Source of the DNA: Minisyncoccota bacterium
GTDB lineage: Bacteria > Patescibacteriota > Minisyncoccia > Phycocordibacterales > UBA6065
Assembly: GCA_035714745.1 (NCBI GenBank)
Contig: DASTLR010000007.1
Coordinates: 6,205 to 70,204 of the forward strand
Length of the DNA stretch: 64,000 bases
Direction: 5' to 3'
Shown: positions 1 to 9,012 of the stretch, one piece after another
How the letters are laid out: every line of letters starts with the position of its first letter
Position numbering within the stretch: position 1 is the first letter of the stretch
Notes under the pieces: model-generated
Database searches by the model: none
What the model was told of the DNA's origin: nothing
What the model saw: only the letters and a program-made list of their open reading frames with translations
Position numbers and translations under genes: made by a program

Positions 1-204
1 GATGCCCGCCCAGGAATGGATGGTCATGCCGCCCATGTGGGTGGCGGCGATGCCGGTCGAGGCGGTGATGCCCGCGTCGATCTCGTGCTGGCGCAGATAG
101 GCGATGTACGAGTTGACCAGGTGCGTCTTGCCGCTGCCGGCCGGGCCGGTGACGAAGACGTTCTTGCCTGTCTTCAATATCTCTAATGCCTGGGCTTGCG
201 TCAT
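1..204 (-). CDS. PIF1/RecD-like P-loop helicase, N-terminal part (gene continues beyond window start)
   Basis: Reverse translation from ATG at 204-202 gives MTQAQALEILKTGKNVFVTGPAGSGKTHLVNSYIAYLRQHEIDAGITASTGIAATHMGG. Walker A GPAGSGKT and the AAA_30/Pif1-like N-terminal pattern are present. It is truncated by the window edge. Confidence 0.55.
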   Translation of the reverse strand, partial: MTQAQALEILKTGKNVFVTGPAGSGKTHLVNSYIAYLRQHEIDAGITASTGIAATHMGGMTIHSWAGI

Positions 205-289
205 GGGGCAAGTCTATCACGGCAATATAAAGGAAAGATAAAAAATCTCCCGGGATATACCCAGGAGATGAGAGACGGAGCGGAACGGC

Positions 290-1075
290 TCAGATCACGT
301 AGTCCAGACTGGCCAGGCCGGCCGCGGCGAGTTTTTTCCAGACTGCCTCGGCATGCATGAAATGCCTGTCGAGCGTGCCGTCGACTATGCCAAGGTCCTC
401 AAAGACCGATGCCGCCCGCTTGATCTCTTCCCGGGCTTTCTCGAGCTCTTTGGAATAGACGTATTCTTCGGGATCAGCCGGCAAAGCCTTTTCCATAGTC
501 ACGACCTCCAGGGCAAGCTTGTCCAGGACGGCCTCGACCGCTACGCGCAAAGAATCGTAATACGGCGAGGACCGGTAAGTAGCGGCAGAGACGAGGAGCC
601 TCGTCGCCACATTCAGCTTCAATTTGTCGAGCATGAACAGATCCTCTGCTACCTGGGCGCGCCGCTGCATCATGACGATGAGCGAGAGAGCGCCAAAGAC
701 CGGAACGCCTGCGAGGACGATCCCGAGGAGCGAATCCCAGCCAGAAGCGATCGAGAGCGCCTTCGCCAGGCTGTGCTTGCCCCAGCCAAAGCTAAGCGTG
801 GCATAGACTATGCATACTGCCAGGACTGCTCCGCCGAACCGTTCAAAGAAAGCCATCCAGCCCAGGCGCTTCGCCTGTCCTGAGGCCAGATCTCTTACAC
901 TATTCTCGACAGTCGCGAGGTCAATGCCTTTCTTGGCTTTGTATGCCATGAGCAACTGTATGCGCTGGGCCTGAGGGAACTGCTCGATGGCGCGTCCGTA
1001 GCTTTCAAGCGTGGCGCGAACCGCCGCTTCTTGGTCTTGCGTATTCACCGTCGTTTCCTTTCGATGCCTCATGGC
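290..1075 (-). CDS. hypothetical membrane protein
   Basis: Long ORF with two or more hydrophobic segments (LAVCIVYATLSFGW, LLGIVLAGVPVFGALSLIVMM). Start moved to the internal Met (MRHRKETT) because the first 40 codons read like non-coding translation. Confidence 0.35.
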   Translation of the reverse strand, partial: AMRHRKETTVNTQDQEAAVRATLESYGRAIEQFPQAQRIQLLMAYKAKKGIDLATVENSVRDLASGQAKRLGWMAFFERFGGAVLAVCIVYATLSFGWGKHSLAKALSIASGWDSLLGIVLAGVPVFGALSLIVMMQRRAQVAEDLFMLDKLKLNVATRLLVSAATYRSSPYYDSLRVAVEAVLDKLALEVVTMEKALPADPEEYVYSKELEKAREEIKRAASVFEDLGIVDGTLDRHFMHAEAVWKKLAAAGLASLDYVI

Positions 1076-1232
1076 ATGTCGATAGAGCGTCGGTGCTCCG
1101 CTCACTTGGACGGTTTCGGGCCGCCAAACGAGGCTAGGGACATGAGAAAACCGAGGCAGGCGTTTCTGTCTCGAAATTACAATACACAGACGCACAGGTC
1201 AAACGGCAGCCGGTTTCCCTGCCGCCGTTTCC

Positions 1233-1475
1233 CTACCCCATCAGCACCTTCTTCCTCTCCTCGTATTCTTCCTTGGTGATCTCGCCCTTGGCGTAGCGCT
1301 CCTTGAGGATCTCCATGCCCTTGTCCGGCCATGGCATGCCCCAGCTCCAGCGGCCGCCGTTGGCGCGCCTGCGGCGGATGGCGGCGACGATGGCCAGGAT
1401 GACCAGGATCCAGAATATGGCGCCGATGAAGTGAAAGCCTCCATAATATGGTCCGTATCCGTATGCGTACATCAT
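1233..1475 (-). CDS. SHOCT-domain membrane protein
   Basis: N-terminal TM segment followed by the C-terminal motif ILKERYAKGEITKEEYEERKK, typical of the SHOCT short C-terminal domain. Confidence 0.55.
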   Translation of the reverse strand: MMYAYGYGPYYGGFHFIGAIFWILVILAIVAAIRRRRANGGRWSWGMPWPDKGMEILKERYAKGEITKEEYEERKKVLMG

Positions 1476-1524
1476 ATGCGTTCGATTACTGTGGTAATGC
1501 CTCTAGTATACCGCGTCTGGCACC

Positions 1525-2013
1525 CTAAAGCTTTCGCTCATAGACGCCCACGAGCTCGGCCTCTGCGACGATGTGCCCTTCCATGGCTTCCTGGACTTCT
1601 TTCTTGGTCGCTCCCTTTTTCAGGGCGAGCTGCGTGTCCAGGGCGTACAGGCGGAAGAAATAGCGGTGCTGGCGGTCCGGCGGGCACGGCCCCGCATAGG
1701 CGGCCTGGCCGGCGGAGTTGTTGCCGTAGGTACCCGGCAGGGCGGATTCGATCTCCTTTTCCTTTACGCCCGCGGTCTTTGGCGGGATGTTAAAGACCAC
1801 CCAATGGTCAAAGACACCCTCGGGCATGCGGTCCCGCGGCACGTCCGGGTCCTCCATGATCAGGACCAGGGATTTCGCCTCGGCGGGCACGCCCTGGAAG
1901 TCCAGGGGCACGTGCGAGCCCACGCCGTCCGTCGCGTCGCAGGTATACTGCGGCGGTATCGAGCCCCCAGGAACGAACGCGGGGCTGGTTATGTTCATAT
2001 GTGTCTGTGCCAT
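1525..2013 (-). CDS. YbhB/YbcL family PEBP (Raf-kinase-inhibitor-like) protein
   Basis: Motifs EDPDVP, HWVVFNIP and GPCPPDRQHRYFFRLYALD match the bacterial PEBP signature. Start set at the internal Met (MAQTHMNITSP). Confidence 0.75.
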   Translation of the reverse strand: MAQTHMNITSPAFVPGGSIPPQYTCDATDGVGSHVPLDFQGVPAEAKSLVLIMEDPDVPRDRMPEGVFDHWVVFNIPPKTAGVKEKEIESALPGTYGNNSAGQAAYAGPCPPDRQHRYFFRLYALDTQLALKKGATKKEVQEAMEGHIVAEAELVGVYERKL

Positions 2014-2143
2014 ACCATTACTACGTACGGAGAGGGCGATTCTATTCCCTTTCGCCGCACCCCGGCGCGCAGGCCCTGGCGCTTTATTTTCCGCGGCGGA
2101 TATGATAGTTTCTAGTGACATCGCGGCGCTCGCCGCGCCATAT

Positions 2144-2217
2144 TGCCGGATCGTCTAATGGTAGGACGTCGCTCTCTGAAAGCGAAAATTTTGGTTCGAT
2201 TCCAAGTCCGGCAACCA
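2144..2217 (+). tRNA. tRNA-Gln (anticodon CTG)
   Basis: Cloverleaf folds by hand: acceptor TGCCGGA/TCCGGCA, D-arm, anticodon stem TCGCT/AGCGA with loop CTCTGAA (anticodon CTG), T-arm TTGGT-TCGATTC-CAAG, discriminator A and encoded CCA. Confidence 0.85.
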
Positions 2218-2248
2218 AGTTGAGAGTAGTTTTTATCACTCAGGATCG
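2212..2248. repeat. attL-like direct repeat (overlaps tRNA-Gln 3' end)
   Basis: CAACCAAGTTGAGAGTAGTTTTTATCACTCAGGATCG recurs with about 33/37 identity at 22756-22792. The GC content drops sharply immediately downstream. Confidence 0.7.
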
Positions 2249-2263
2249 TTTATTGAATAACAA

Positions 2264-2290
2264 AACCGCCTATTGGCGGTTTTGTTGCCT
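2264..2290. terminator. bidirectional rho-independent terminator hairpin
   Basis: AACCGCC-TATT-GGCGGTT stem-loop with T-runs on both strands. It lies between the tRNA-Gln and the 3' end of the multicopper oxidase gene. Confidence 0.55.
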
Positions 2291-2291
2291 T

Positions 2292-3902
2292 CTATTGAAC
2301 CTTGAAATTGAGCATCATTCCGGCCTCCAAATGTTCTGAAATGTGGCAGTGCGCCATCCATTCTCCTAGATTATCCATTTCAACGAGAATCTCGACAGTA
2401 TCCCCTTTCTCTATGAGCGCCGTGTCTTTCCAGACAAGATTCTGATTTCTTTCGCCGTTGGTCGAAAGAACAAGGAATCTCTGGCCATGGAAGTGGATAG
2501 GGTGTTGCATAGGGTGTTCTGAATTTGGATCATTGAAGATCCTGATTTTCACTAGATCGCCCTTCTTGAAAGTCCAATTTATATTATCTCCGGTCTTTCC
2601 TGTATCCTGATCAGTAATTTTCCACTGAACAGAGTCAGCGTAGGACATCTCGTTCATCATCGCCATGGTATCCTCCCACTCAATTTTATCTTCGTCGCTT
2701 CCGCCCATAGTCATTCCTTCGCTGTTCATCATGGTACCGTCAGGCATCATATGCATGCCGTTGTTCGCCATCATTTCTCCGCCATGCATCGCGTGACTTC
2801 CATTCATGCTCATACTTCCCATATTCACAGTAAGAGAGATATTCTTGTCTGCTGCTTTTGAGAAGTAAGAATCGAGATTTGGAATAGCTTTGCGTATGTC
2901 ATTATTCGAACGCAATGTAGTGAACTGCTCCTTATATGATTTTGCTATCACGTGAGGCAATACAGAGATTTTTCCCATGATATACGTTTTGGAAGGAGTC
3001 TTATGCTCGAGAGAAAATTGTCCCGGCTTCTCGAAGAGCACATCAATCACCGCGCGTTCGGAAGGACCGAGAACGATGCTATTCACAAAGGATTCTTTCT
3101 CGTATCTTCCATTGTCGCCTCCCACTAATTTCATTTTTGCTCCTGGGATCGCAAGGTTGAATACTCGAGTATTCGCCGTATTCGTGACGTAAAACCTGAC
3201 AACTTCTTCCTGTTCAACAGAAAGCGCGTAGCTGTCACTGCCATTCACAAGCATCACATTTCCGAACCTGCCCATGAGAGCGTGATCTACGGTCTCTCCG
3301 AAAGGGGCGATCTCTCCGTTTTCCATCAAGAGATCATCGATTACGAGAGGAATTTCCCTGTTCGCGGCAGGCCAATAGGTCTGATCAGCCGGAGAAACGA
3401 TATAGTTTCCATAAAGCCCTAATTCTTGGGCGTAATCTTCTCGAAGGTGAGGGTGATACCAATACACTCCTGTATCCGGGAATTTTATTTTGTAACTAAA
3501 AGTCTCTCCTATGCCCACTTCCTTTTGCGTGCTTCCAGGCACCCCATCGAATTCATTATCGAGGCGGATTCCGTGAGAATGAATCGTCGTGGGCGCGTCT
3601 ATGTTGTTCGTGAAATTGATCGTTATCTCTGACCCTTGCGGTGCCTTCAGTATTGGGCCCGGTATTGATCCGTTATACGCGAGCATTTTCACCTCTCTTC
3701 CGGCGATCTTCTTCTTGACTATGTTTGCAGTGAGATTATAAGTATCTCCATTCTTGAGATTAACCACTTTTGCCTCCTGTGCTTCTGAGAGACCTGATAT
3801 GTCAGGAGATGTGAATCCGTTCTGTTTTTCTGTATTGAACAGCGCGAAACCCAAGATTCCGATTATGACGACTGCCAGTATGATGAATAATTTGTTCTTC
3901 AT
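2292..3902 (-). CDS. multicopper oxidase (CueO/CopA-type), secreted
   Basis: Signal peptide is present. Copper-site motifs WYHPHL, HPIHFHG and the C-terminal HCHISEHLEAGMM (type-1/trinuclear Cu ligands) match. Confidence 0.9.
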   Translation of the reverse strand: MKNKLFIILAVVIIGILGFALFNTEKQNGFTSPDISGLSEAQEAKVVNLKNGDTYNLTANIVKKKIAGREVKMLAYNGSIPGPILKAPQGSEITINFTNNIDAPTTIHSHGIRLDNEFDGVPGSTQKEVGIGETFSYKIKFPDTGVYWYHPHLREDYAQELGLYGNYIVSPADQTYWPAANREIPLVIDDLLMENGEIAPFGETVDHALMGRFGNVMLVNGSDSYALSVEQEEVVRFYVTNTANTRVFNLAIPGAKMKLVGGDNGRYEKESFVNSIVLGPSERAVIDVLFEKPGQFSLEHKTPSKTYIMGKISVLPHVIAKSYKEQFTTLRSNNDIRKAIPNLDSYFSKAADKNISLTVNMGSMSMNGSHAMHGGEMMANNGMHMMPDGTMMNSEGMTMGGSDEDKIEWEDTMAMMNEMSYADSVQWKITDQDTGKTGDNINWTFKKGDLVKIRIFNDPNSEHPMQHPIHFHGQRFLVLSTNGERNQNLVWKDTALIEKGDTVEILVEMDNLGEWMAHCHISEHLEAGMMLNFKVQ

Positions 3903-3911
3903 AGGATTTGA

Positions 3912-4916
3912 TTATATACCACACCCGCTGCTGCGCCTCTGTGAGGTCGCTCCACCAGTATCGACCCCGCAACCCGATCCACCACCTGAAGACTGGATCG
4001 GGCCCCTTACCTGTGAGGCGATTTTACTAAATCCCTGGGCACTCGACATGCTTGCACCTAATATCGTCTGAGGGTTGGCAGTCTTCCAGTCCCCACCACT
4101 CTGCCGTATGAATGTTGCAAGGATCTCATACTGATCAGGGAACCAGAACGAGTTGACTGCGACGCCGGCTTTATACATCTCCGCTTCAGTCGCGCCCTGC
4201 GAAGCCATCAGTTCAAGAAGCGCGAGCATCGCCATTCCATGATTGCAGTCTGGGAAATGCGTCGAGTTACCGCAACATGGTCGATACACGGTACGAGAGA
4301 CTTTGTCTACGAGTGCCTGCTGCTCGGGCGTTAGATTAAAGAAAACGTGTTTGCTGTAGTGGTCCATAGCGTTTCCTTTTGCCATCGTCCATCCTCCCGT
4401 AGAAGCGAAATTTTGCGCGCCGCCGTATCGTTTGTCCACCATTTCTCCCTGAGTTAGAATTGGATTGTCTTGAGCCAGTCCGAGCGCCCAGAGAAGGTTT
4501 AGGATGAGGCCTGCATTTTTTGGCGTAATAACGAGCCTGTCGGTGCTTTTTCCAAAAAGAAGCTTCTCATCATCTTTTGAAAATTGGCCTCGCTCTTCAT
4601 ACAATGCCCTGAGTCTCTCTCCATCGATAGCGCCAGTCTTCACTAATTGAACCCCCAGATCGCCCCAGACCACAGGAAGCCTGACTCCCGATAAGGGAGT
4701 CAACTCCTCATCAACAAGAGTTGTGTCCTGAGTTGGTTCATTTTCCCTGACTTGAGAAGCTTTAAGAGTCCTATACCGATCATCGGAGCTTGATTTCAAG
4801 AAAATTCCTGAGGCTACAATCACGCCCGCAATAACGATTGCTCCAGGGAGCATATATTTGCTTTTTGAGTCTTCGCGAACGGCTTCGTGATGTTCATGTG
4901 AATGATGTGTATTCAT
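3912..4916 (-). CDS. hypothetical His-rich membrane-anchored protein (possible metal-binding)
   Basis: N-terminal MNTHHSHEHHE followed by a TM segment, then the Cys cluster RPCCGNSTHFPDCNHGM. It lies inside the copper cluster. The family is not recognised. Confidence 0.35.
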   Translation of the reverse strand: MNTHHSHEHHEAVREDSKSKYMLPGAIVIAGVIVASGIFLKSSSDDRYRTLKASQVRENEPTQDTTLVDEELTPLSGVRLPVVWGDLGVQLVKTGAIDGERLRALYEERGQFSKDDEKLLFGKSTDRLVITPKNAGLILNLLWALGLAQDNPILTQGEMVDKRYGGAQNFASTGGWTMAKGNAMDHYSKHVFFNLTPEQQALVDKVSRTVYRPCCGNSTHFPDCNHGMAMLALLELMASQGATEAEMYKAGVAVNSFWFPDQYEILATFIRQSGGDWKTANPQTILGASMSSAQGFSKIASQVRGPIQSSGGGSGCGVDTGGATSQRRSSGCGI

Positions 4917-4940
4917 GGTATTTATGAATTGTTTATTTGG

Positions 4941-5591
4941 TTAGCGAATGCGAGGGATAAATCGAGGGACCTGTAACAAGTAGGCCGTATATGGAGCGCC
5001 GAACTCTTTCGTCATATCCTTCTCCTCAGATCGTGCAAGACGAGCATACATCCAGACAAGGATAGGAAACATCACCAATGTGATGAGCGTGGGCCACTGA
5101 AACAGAAATCCGATCATGATGAGGACAAACCCCACATACTGCGGGTGGCTTATTTTCGAGTAAGGTCCATCTGTAGCGAACCGATGTTCCTGCTGTGCCT
5201 TGTGAAGCACGCGCCACGCTTTCGAGAGCAAGATGAATCCTCCTCCAATCGCCACGTAACTAACTATATGGAGAATGTTGAAGTGCGGATCTCCTCCCAG
5301 ATTGAATATCGTCTCCCACAAGTGGCCCGAATTGTGAGCGTATAGATCGGTTCCTGGGTTCTTGCTTAGTAACCACCCAGAAAGGAGGTATATCGTGAGC
5401 GGGAATCCATACATCTCAGCGAAGAGGGCGACTATGAATGCGCTGAAGGCCCCGAAAGACCGCCAATCGCGCTTCGTCTTCGGCTTAGCGAAACTGAAAG
5501 CGAAGATGATAAACACCAGAGAATTCAAGACGACCATGAACCATAGACCATAAGATGAGCTGAACATGGCTTTTACTGGTTTAACTCCCAT
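4941..5591 (-). CDS. ICMT/PEMT-family membrane methyltransferase
   Basis: Multi-TM protein with DGPYSKISHPQYVGFVL and ARLARSEEKDMTKEFG, which fit the RHPxY / EE-x-x-L motifs of isoprenylcysteine carboxyl methyltransferase-like proteins. Confidence 0.65.
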   Translation of the reverse strand: MGVKPVKAMFSSSYGLWFMVVLNSLVFIIFAFSFAKPKTKRDWRSFGAFSAFIVALFAEMYGFPLTIYLLSGWLLSKNPGTDLYAHNSGHLWETIFNLGGDPHFNILHIVSYVAIGGGFILLSKAWRVLHKAQQEHRFATDGPYSKISHPQYVGFVLIMIGFLFQWPTLITLVMFPILVWMYARLARSEEKDMTKEFGAPYTAYLLQVPRFIPRIR

Positions 5592-6019
5592 GGGTAACTT
5601 CTTTCTCTGCCACCGAATCCAGAGATCTTCAAAAGAATCGAACGAGGTCTCGGATCAAGCGCCTTGAAAATGAGCTTGCCGGACCTGTGATGACCTCCCT
5701 CAGGGTCTCCCTCCCACCTCAGAGGCTCTAAGACCCTCCCGTCGTCGCTTACGATGTTTGCCGATCGAGTAAGATCCTGATCAAGAGAACCTGTATGTGT
5801 GTTAAGCGATACCTCAAAAACCCATTCCGATGAAGCAAGGTCTACAGGCTCAATCCCGATATCAATGTTTTCCGCCGAATCAGACGTAGACTCGAGCATA
5901 TCCATGCCCGCATTCGCATCGTTTGGATAGATGGATATCTCGCTTCGACGAGCAGATATCATAAACCCGACGACGCCGAGGACCGCTATGAGGCCGAGGA
6001 CGATAAGCTTATTCTTCAT
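5573..6019 (-). CDS. hypothetical secreted/membrane-anchored protein
   Basis: N-terminal signal/anchor sequence. No recognisable domain. Confidence 0.35.
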   Translation of the reverse strand: MKNKLIVLGLIAVLGVVGFMISARRSEISIYPNDANAGMDMLESTSDSAENIDIGIEPVDLASSEWVFEVSLNTHTGSLDQDLTRSANIVSDDGRVLEPLRWEGDPEGGHHRSGKLIFKALDPRPRSILLKISGFGGRERSYPWELNQ

Positions 6020-6458
6020 AATTTTTAATGAGAATTATTTTTCTGATAATGAACGCAAGACCTGCGATGTTTGCCAATATTCCGACCCAGAAGAACTCAA
6101 CTTGGTATGCGCCGATAAAAGCAAGGGCTCCAGTCGCTCCCAATATCGGTAGCACGTTCACCAAGTAGTGGGCGCAACAAGAGATCATGGACAGCGTCGA
6201 TGTCGTTCCTGTCACAGCTATCGTCTTCGACGATACCTTTCTACAAAGATTAGATGCGAGTCCTTTAAAATACAGATACAAGCCAACTTGCGCGCCGAAT
6301 CCGAGGGCAAGAGTCAGGAGAAACGGCCAGTACAATCCGAATTGCTTGCTCGCGAAAGCGGTTCCCGAAACAAGTGAGACTACCCCAAAATACACTCCGA
6401 GCAGTGCGATTGAGGCAGTGATGCCTATGATGTAAGATTTTCGATCGGTCTCTTTCAT
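6009..6458 (-). CDS. hypothetical 4-TM membrane protein
   Basis: Four hydrophobic helices and a CC pair (SCCAHYL). Confidence 0.35.
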   Translation of the reverse strand: MKETDRKSYIIGITASIALLGVYFGVVSLVSGTAFASKQFGLYWPFLLTLALGFGAQVGLYLYFKGLASNLCRKVSSKTIAVTGTTSTLSMISCCAHYLVNVLPILGATGALAFIGAYQVEFFWVGILANIAGLAFIIRKIILIKNYEE

Positions 6459-6667
6459 TGCTTTTTTACGAACTCATTCGGATGTGCCTCAAACTGCTTT
6501 CGGCAGTGTTCGGAGCAGAAGTGATAGTCACGACCTTCGAAGGTGAGACTCGGCATGCCCGACGTTGCTTCCATGCCACAGACGGGGTCGACAAGTGTAT
6601 TCTTAGGCTCAACCTTATATCCGAATCGAGCAAGTTTCTTTATGATTCCCTTAATTCTTTTTCTCAT
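6455..6667 (-). CDS. YHS/TRASH-domain metal-binding protein
   Basis: VDPVCGMEA...YHFCSEHCRKQF matches the YHS (CGM) copper-binding domain. Start chosen at the internal Met so that it does not overrun the upstream small gene. Confidence 0.55.
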   Translation of the reverse strand: MRKRIKGIIKKLARFGYKVEPKNTLVDPVCGMEATSGMPSLTFEGRDYHFCSEHCRKQFEAHPNEFVKKQ

Positions 6668-6878
6668 GACTTTGTGATTTATCTGACCATTCAGCTTCTC
6701 TAACCTCATCTTTTTTCTCGCGACTACGCATAGCCATATATCCGAGGACCGCGACCGCGAGAAACGCAAAGACGACCCACTTTCCACCACCCAGGGAGCC
6801 AGCACCGAAGATAATGAGGATGAGCGGTAATCCGCAGCAAATCGCCATCATCCAAAGATTTGATTTGTCAGAATCCAT
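6651..6878 (-). CDS. small membrane protein (CCG motif)
   Basis: Two TM helices. The MDSDKS start leaves a 5-nt gap to the upstream redoxin gene. The family is not recognised. Confidence 0.35.
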   Translation of the reverse strand: MDSDKSNLWMMAICCGLPLILIIFGAGSLGGGKWVVFAFLAVAVLGYMAMRSREKKDEVREAEWSDKSQSHEKKN

Positions 6879-6882
6879 GTTT

Positions 6883-7557
6883 TTACTGGTTAGATCGGAT
6901 CGCATCTACTTTCTCTGAAATAAGGTCATTATTGATTCCCATTCTCGGATCGTCATAGACAAATCTCACGACCCCTGCGGCGTCTATGACTACATAGCTA
7001 TGGCCAGGATACGCGCCCTTGTGCATGGAAGACGGCGTAGCGAGCATGCCGAGAGACGACGAAACGTTCTTATCCGTGTCGAAGAGAACCTTCGCGCCTG
7101 CGAGCTTCGGCATTTTCGCCACCGCTGTCCCCCAATTAGACGCTGAATCCACGACAATCGAATAAGAAGCAACTGATTCTGAATTTAGCCTTGGATCCGA
7201 GGAGAGCTGCACCATCTGATTCCAACAGGACGGATAGCACATGAGTCCTTCATTGAAGAATAGGACCACGGTCTTACCCTTAAGCTCTGAGAGACGAAGT
7301 GTATTGCCGTCCTTATCAGCGAGGCTGAAGTCCGGTGCAGGCTTATCGACGAGATCCTTTATCTCCGAAGCAGTCGAGGGCTGGCTTGAGTGATGGCCCG
7401 ACATGTCTCCCGAATTCGAGCGGGCCATGTGAGAACCGCCGGCGCTTGCTTGCGCTTGATCAGAGTCTCCCGAATTATAGTTTGCATATAGAACACTACC
7501 GATAATCGCAAGAGCTATGATCACGAAGCCGTAAAATATCTGATTTGAATTTTTCAT
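6883..7557 (-). CDS. thioredoxin-fold redoxin (AhpC/TSA-ResA-like), membrane anchored
   Basis: APDFSLADKDGNTLRLSELKGKTVVLFF is the AhpC/TSA-redoxin N-terminal signature. An active-site Cys pair (CYPSC) follows. Confidence 0.6.
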   Translation of the reverse strand: MKNSNQIFYGFVIIALAIIGSVLYANYNSGDSDQAQASAGGSHMARSNSGDMSGHHSSQPSTASEIKDLVDKPAPDFSLADKDGNTLRLSELKGKTVVLFFNEGLMCYPSCWNQMVQLSSDPRLNSESVASYSIVVDSASNWGTAVAKMPKLAGAKVLFDTDKNVSSSLGMLATPSSMHKGAYPGHSYVVIDAAGVVRFVYDDPRMGINNDLISEKVDAIRSNQ

Positions 7558-7572
7558 TCTTTTAGTTAGTTT

Positions 7573-8466
7573 TTACTTAGTTGATTTCCACTGCCTGAGA
7601 GCGACCCATGTGATAAGCGCAGCGATAGCCGTAACGATGAGAAGCCAGCCGATTACGGGGAGTCGAACGATTCCCGATAACGTTTCAGTTATCTTCGCAG
7701 CATAGATGTTTATGACGACGCCGCTTCCTGCGTGGGACAGAAGCTTTCCTGTAAATGCAAGATAGAGCGTTATGATTCCCATACCGAGGAACATGAGAGC
7801 AGACACCGACTCCATGAGCGTAATCTCGACTTTTTTAGATCCGAGAGAATAGGTTACCGGCGCAGCGAATTTCTCATGGAGCTTTCCTGACACCTTCGAG
7901 CTATCGAGAATGAAAGCGAGGATGAAGAGGGGCGCTACCATTCCAAGCACATACGCCAGAGTATAGATGCCGCCCCAGAAGAGAGAACCTGGCATAGCTG
8001 CAAGAGCAAGGACGCCGGCCAAGACAGGGGCGCAACATGTGGTCGCTATACCTGAGAATATTCCCAAGGAATAAACTGACACCGCATTGTGTTTTTTGAG
8101 CCGAGGCGTGACATGAAACGGCAACTTGAGATGAACTCCTGTGAGAGTCGACAAACCGAGAGCTATGAGCAGAATGCTGCCCGCGACGAAGATGGGCGTA
8201 TGGTAGGTGCTGAATACCTGTCCAAGTGCCGCCACGCCAAGTCCCAAAGGCAGAAACACGGTCAGTATCCCGAGAAAGAATATGAAGGTCATGAGAAAGA
8301 CCTTGTATTTTTCTCGAAAGATCGAGGCAAGGTATGAAGGCAGGAGAACAGTTATACAGCACGGGGCGAAGAGCGCTGCCACACCGGCGACAAAGGCCGA
8401 GATGATAGAAGCTCCGAGTAACATGTCCATGATGTTCTGATGAAGTTGATAAGAGATTCCAAGCAA
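7573..8466 (-). CDS. cytochrome c biogenesis CcdA/DsbD transmembrane-domain protein
   Basis: Multi-TM protein with FAPCCITVLLPSYL and TTCCAPVL, which fit the DsbD-family Cys-containing TM helix pattern. Confidence 0.65.
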   Translation of the reverse strand: MLGISYQLHQNIMDMLLGASIISAFVAGVAALFAPCCITVLLPSYLASIFREKYKVFLMTFIFFLGILTVFLPLGLGVAALGQVFSTYHTPIFVAGSILLIALGLSTLTGVHLKLPFHVTPRLKKHNAVSVYSLGIFSGIATTCCAPVLAGVLALAAMPGSLFWGGIYTLAYVLGMVAPLFILAFILDSSKVSGKLHEKFAAPVTYSLGSKKVEITLMESVSALMFLGMGIITLYLAFTGKLLSHAGSGVVINIYAAKITETLSGIVRLPVIGWLLIVTAIAALITWVALRQWKSTK

Positions 8467-8534
8467 GCAAAAAAGTCCCGTGAAAAAGGGACTTCAGGTA
8501 GCACAAATCTCCTTATCGAAAGAGAGAGTGCTAC

Positions 8535-8930
8535 CTACGCGAGAGACGGACTCAGTTCAAAGCGAGAAAGCCAGCTATGGACCTTATGTTTGAAAAAATA
8601 ATAAGCTTCGAGTGATCTGCGCCTATAGAAAACAAATAGCTTGTCTTGAGAAGAGAATAGAAAGGCGAGCGACCCAAGAAAAACGACAACAAAGGCTGCG
8701 AGAGCCAGGAGAGTACTCGCAAAAATGGAAAGCGTCGCATTCATCGCGCTCTGATATACAGAGATATTGTGGAGCGCCTCACCCCACTGCATCGGAGGAC
8801 AGGTCGTATTCGGCATCTCAGGATCACAACTCATCTGAGCATGGTTCATACCGATAAAGCCAAATACGCCCGAAAGTAATACAGCGAGGAGAAGCAGATA
8901 TCCGATTTTGTTTAAAGAAATCTTCGTCAT
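8535..8930 (-). CDS. hypothetical membrane protein
   Basis: Two hydrophobic segments and Cys/Pro-rich loop CDPEMPNTTCPP. Confidence 0.35.
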   Translation of the reverse strand: MTKISLNKIGYLLLLAVLLSGVFGFIGMNHAQMSCDPEMPNTTCPPMQWGEALHNISVYQSAMNATLSIFASTLLALAAFVVVFLGSLAFLFSSQDKLFVFYRRRSLEAYYFFKHKVHSWLSRFELSPSLA

Positions 8931-9012
8931 TTCATTACCTCACATTAGCACTTCCATTTTACCATTTTTAGTCTCGACACGCAATTTCATTGTTTCGAAA
9001 TATAACGTATCT

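Noticed and set aside
2144-2217. UGA recoding / alternative genetic code
   Set aside because: The host half is high-GC, encodes an RF2 with an intact SPF motif, and genes end in TGA. This is inconsistent with UGA reassignment.
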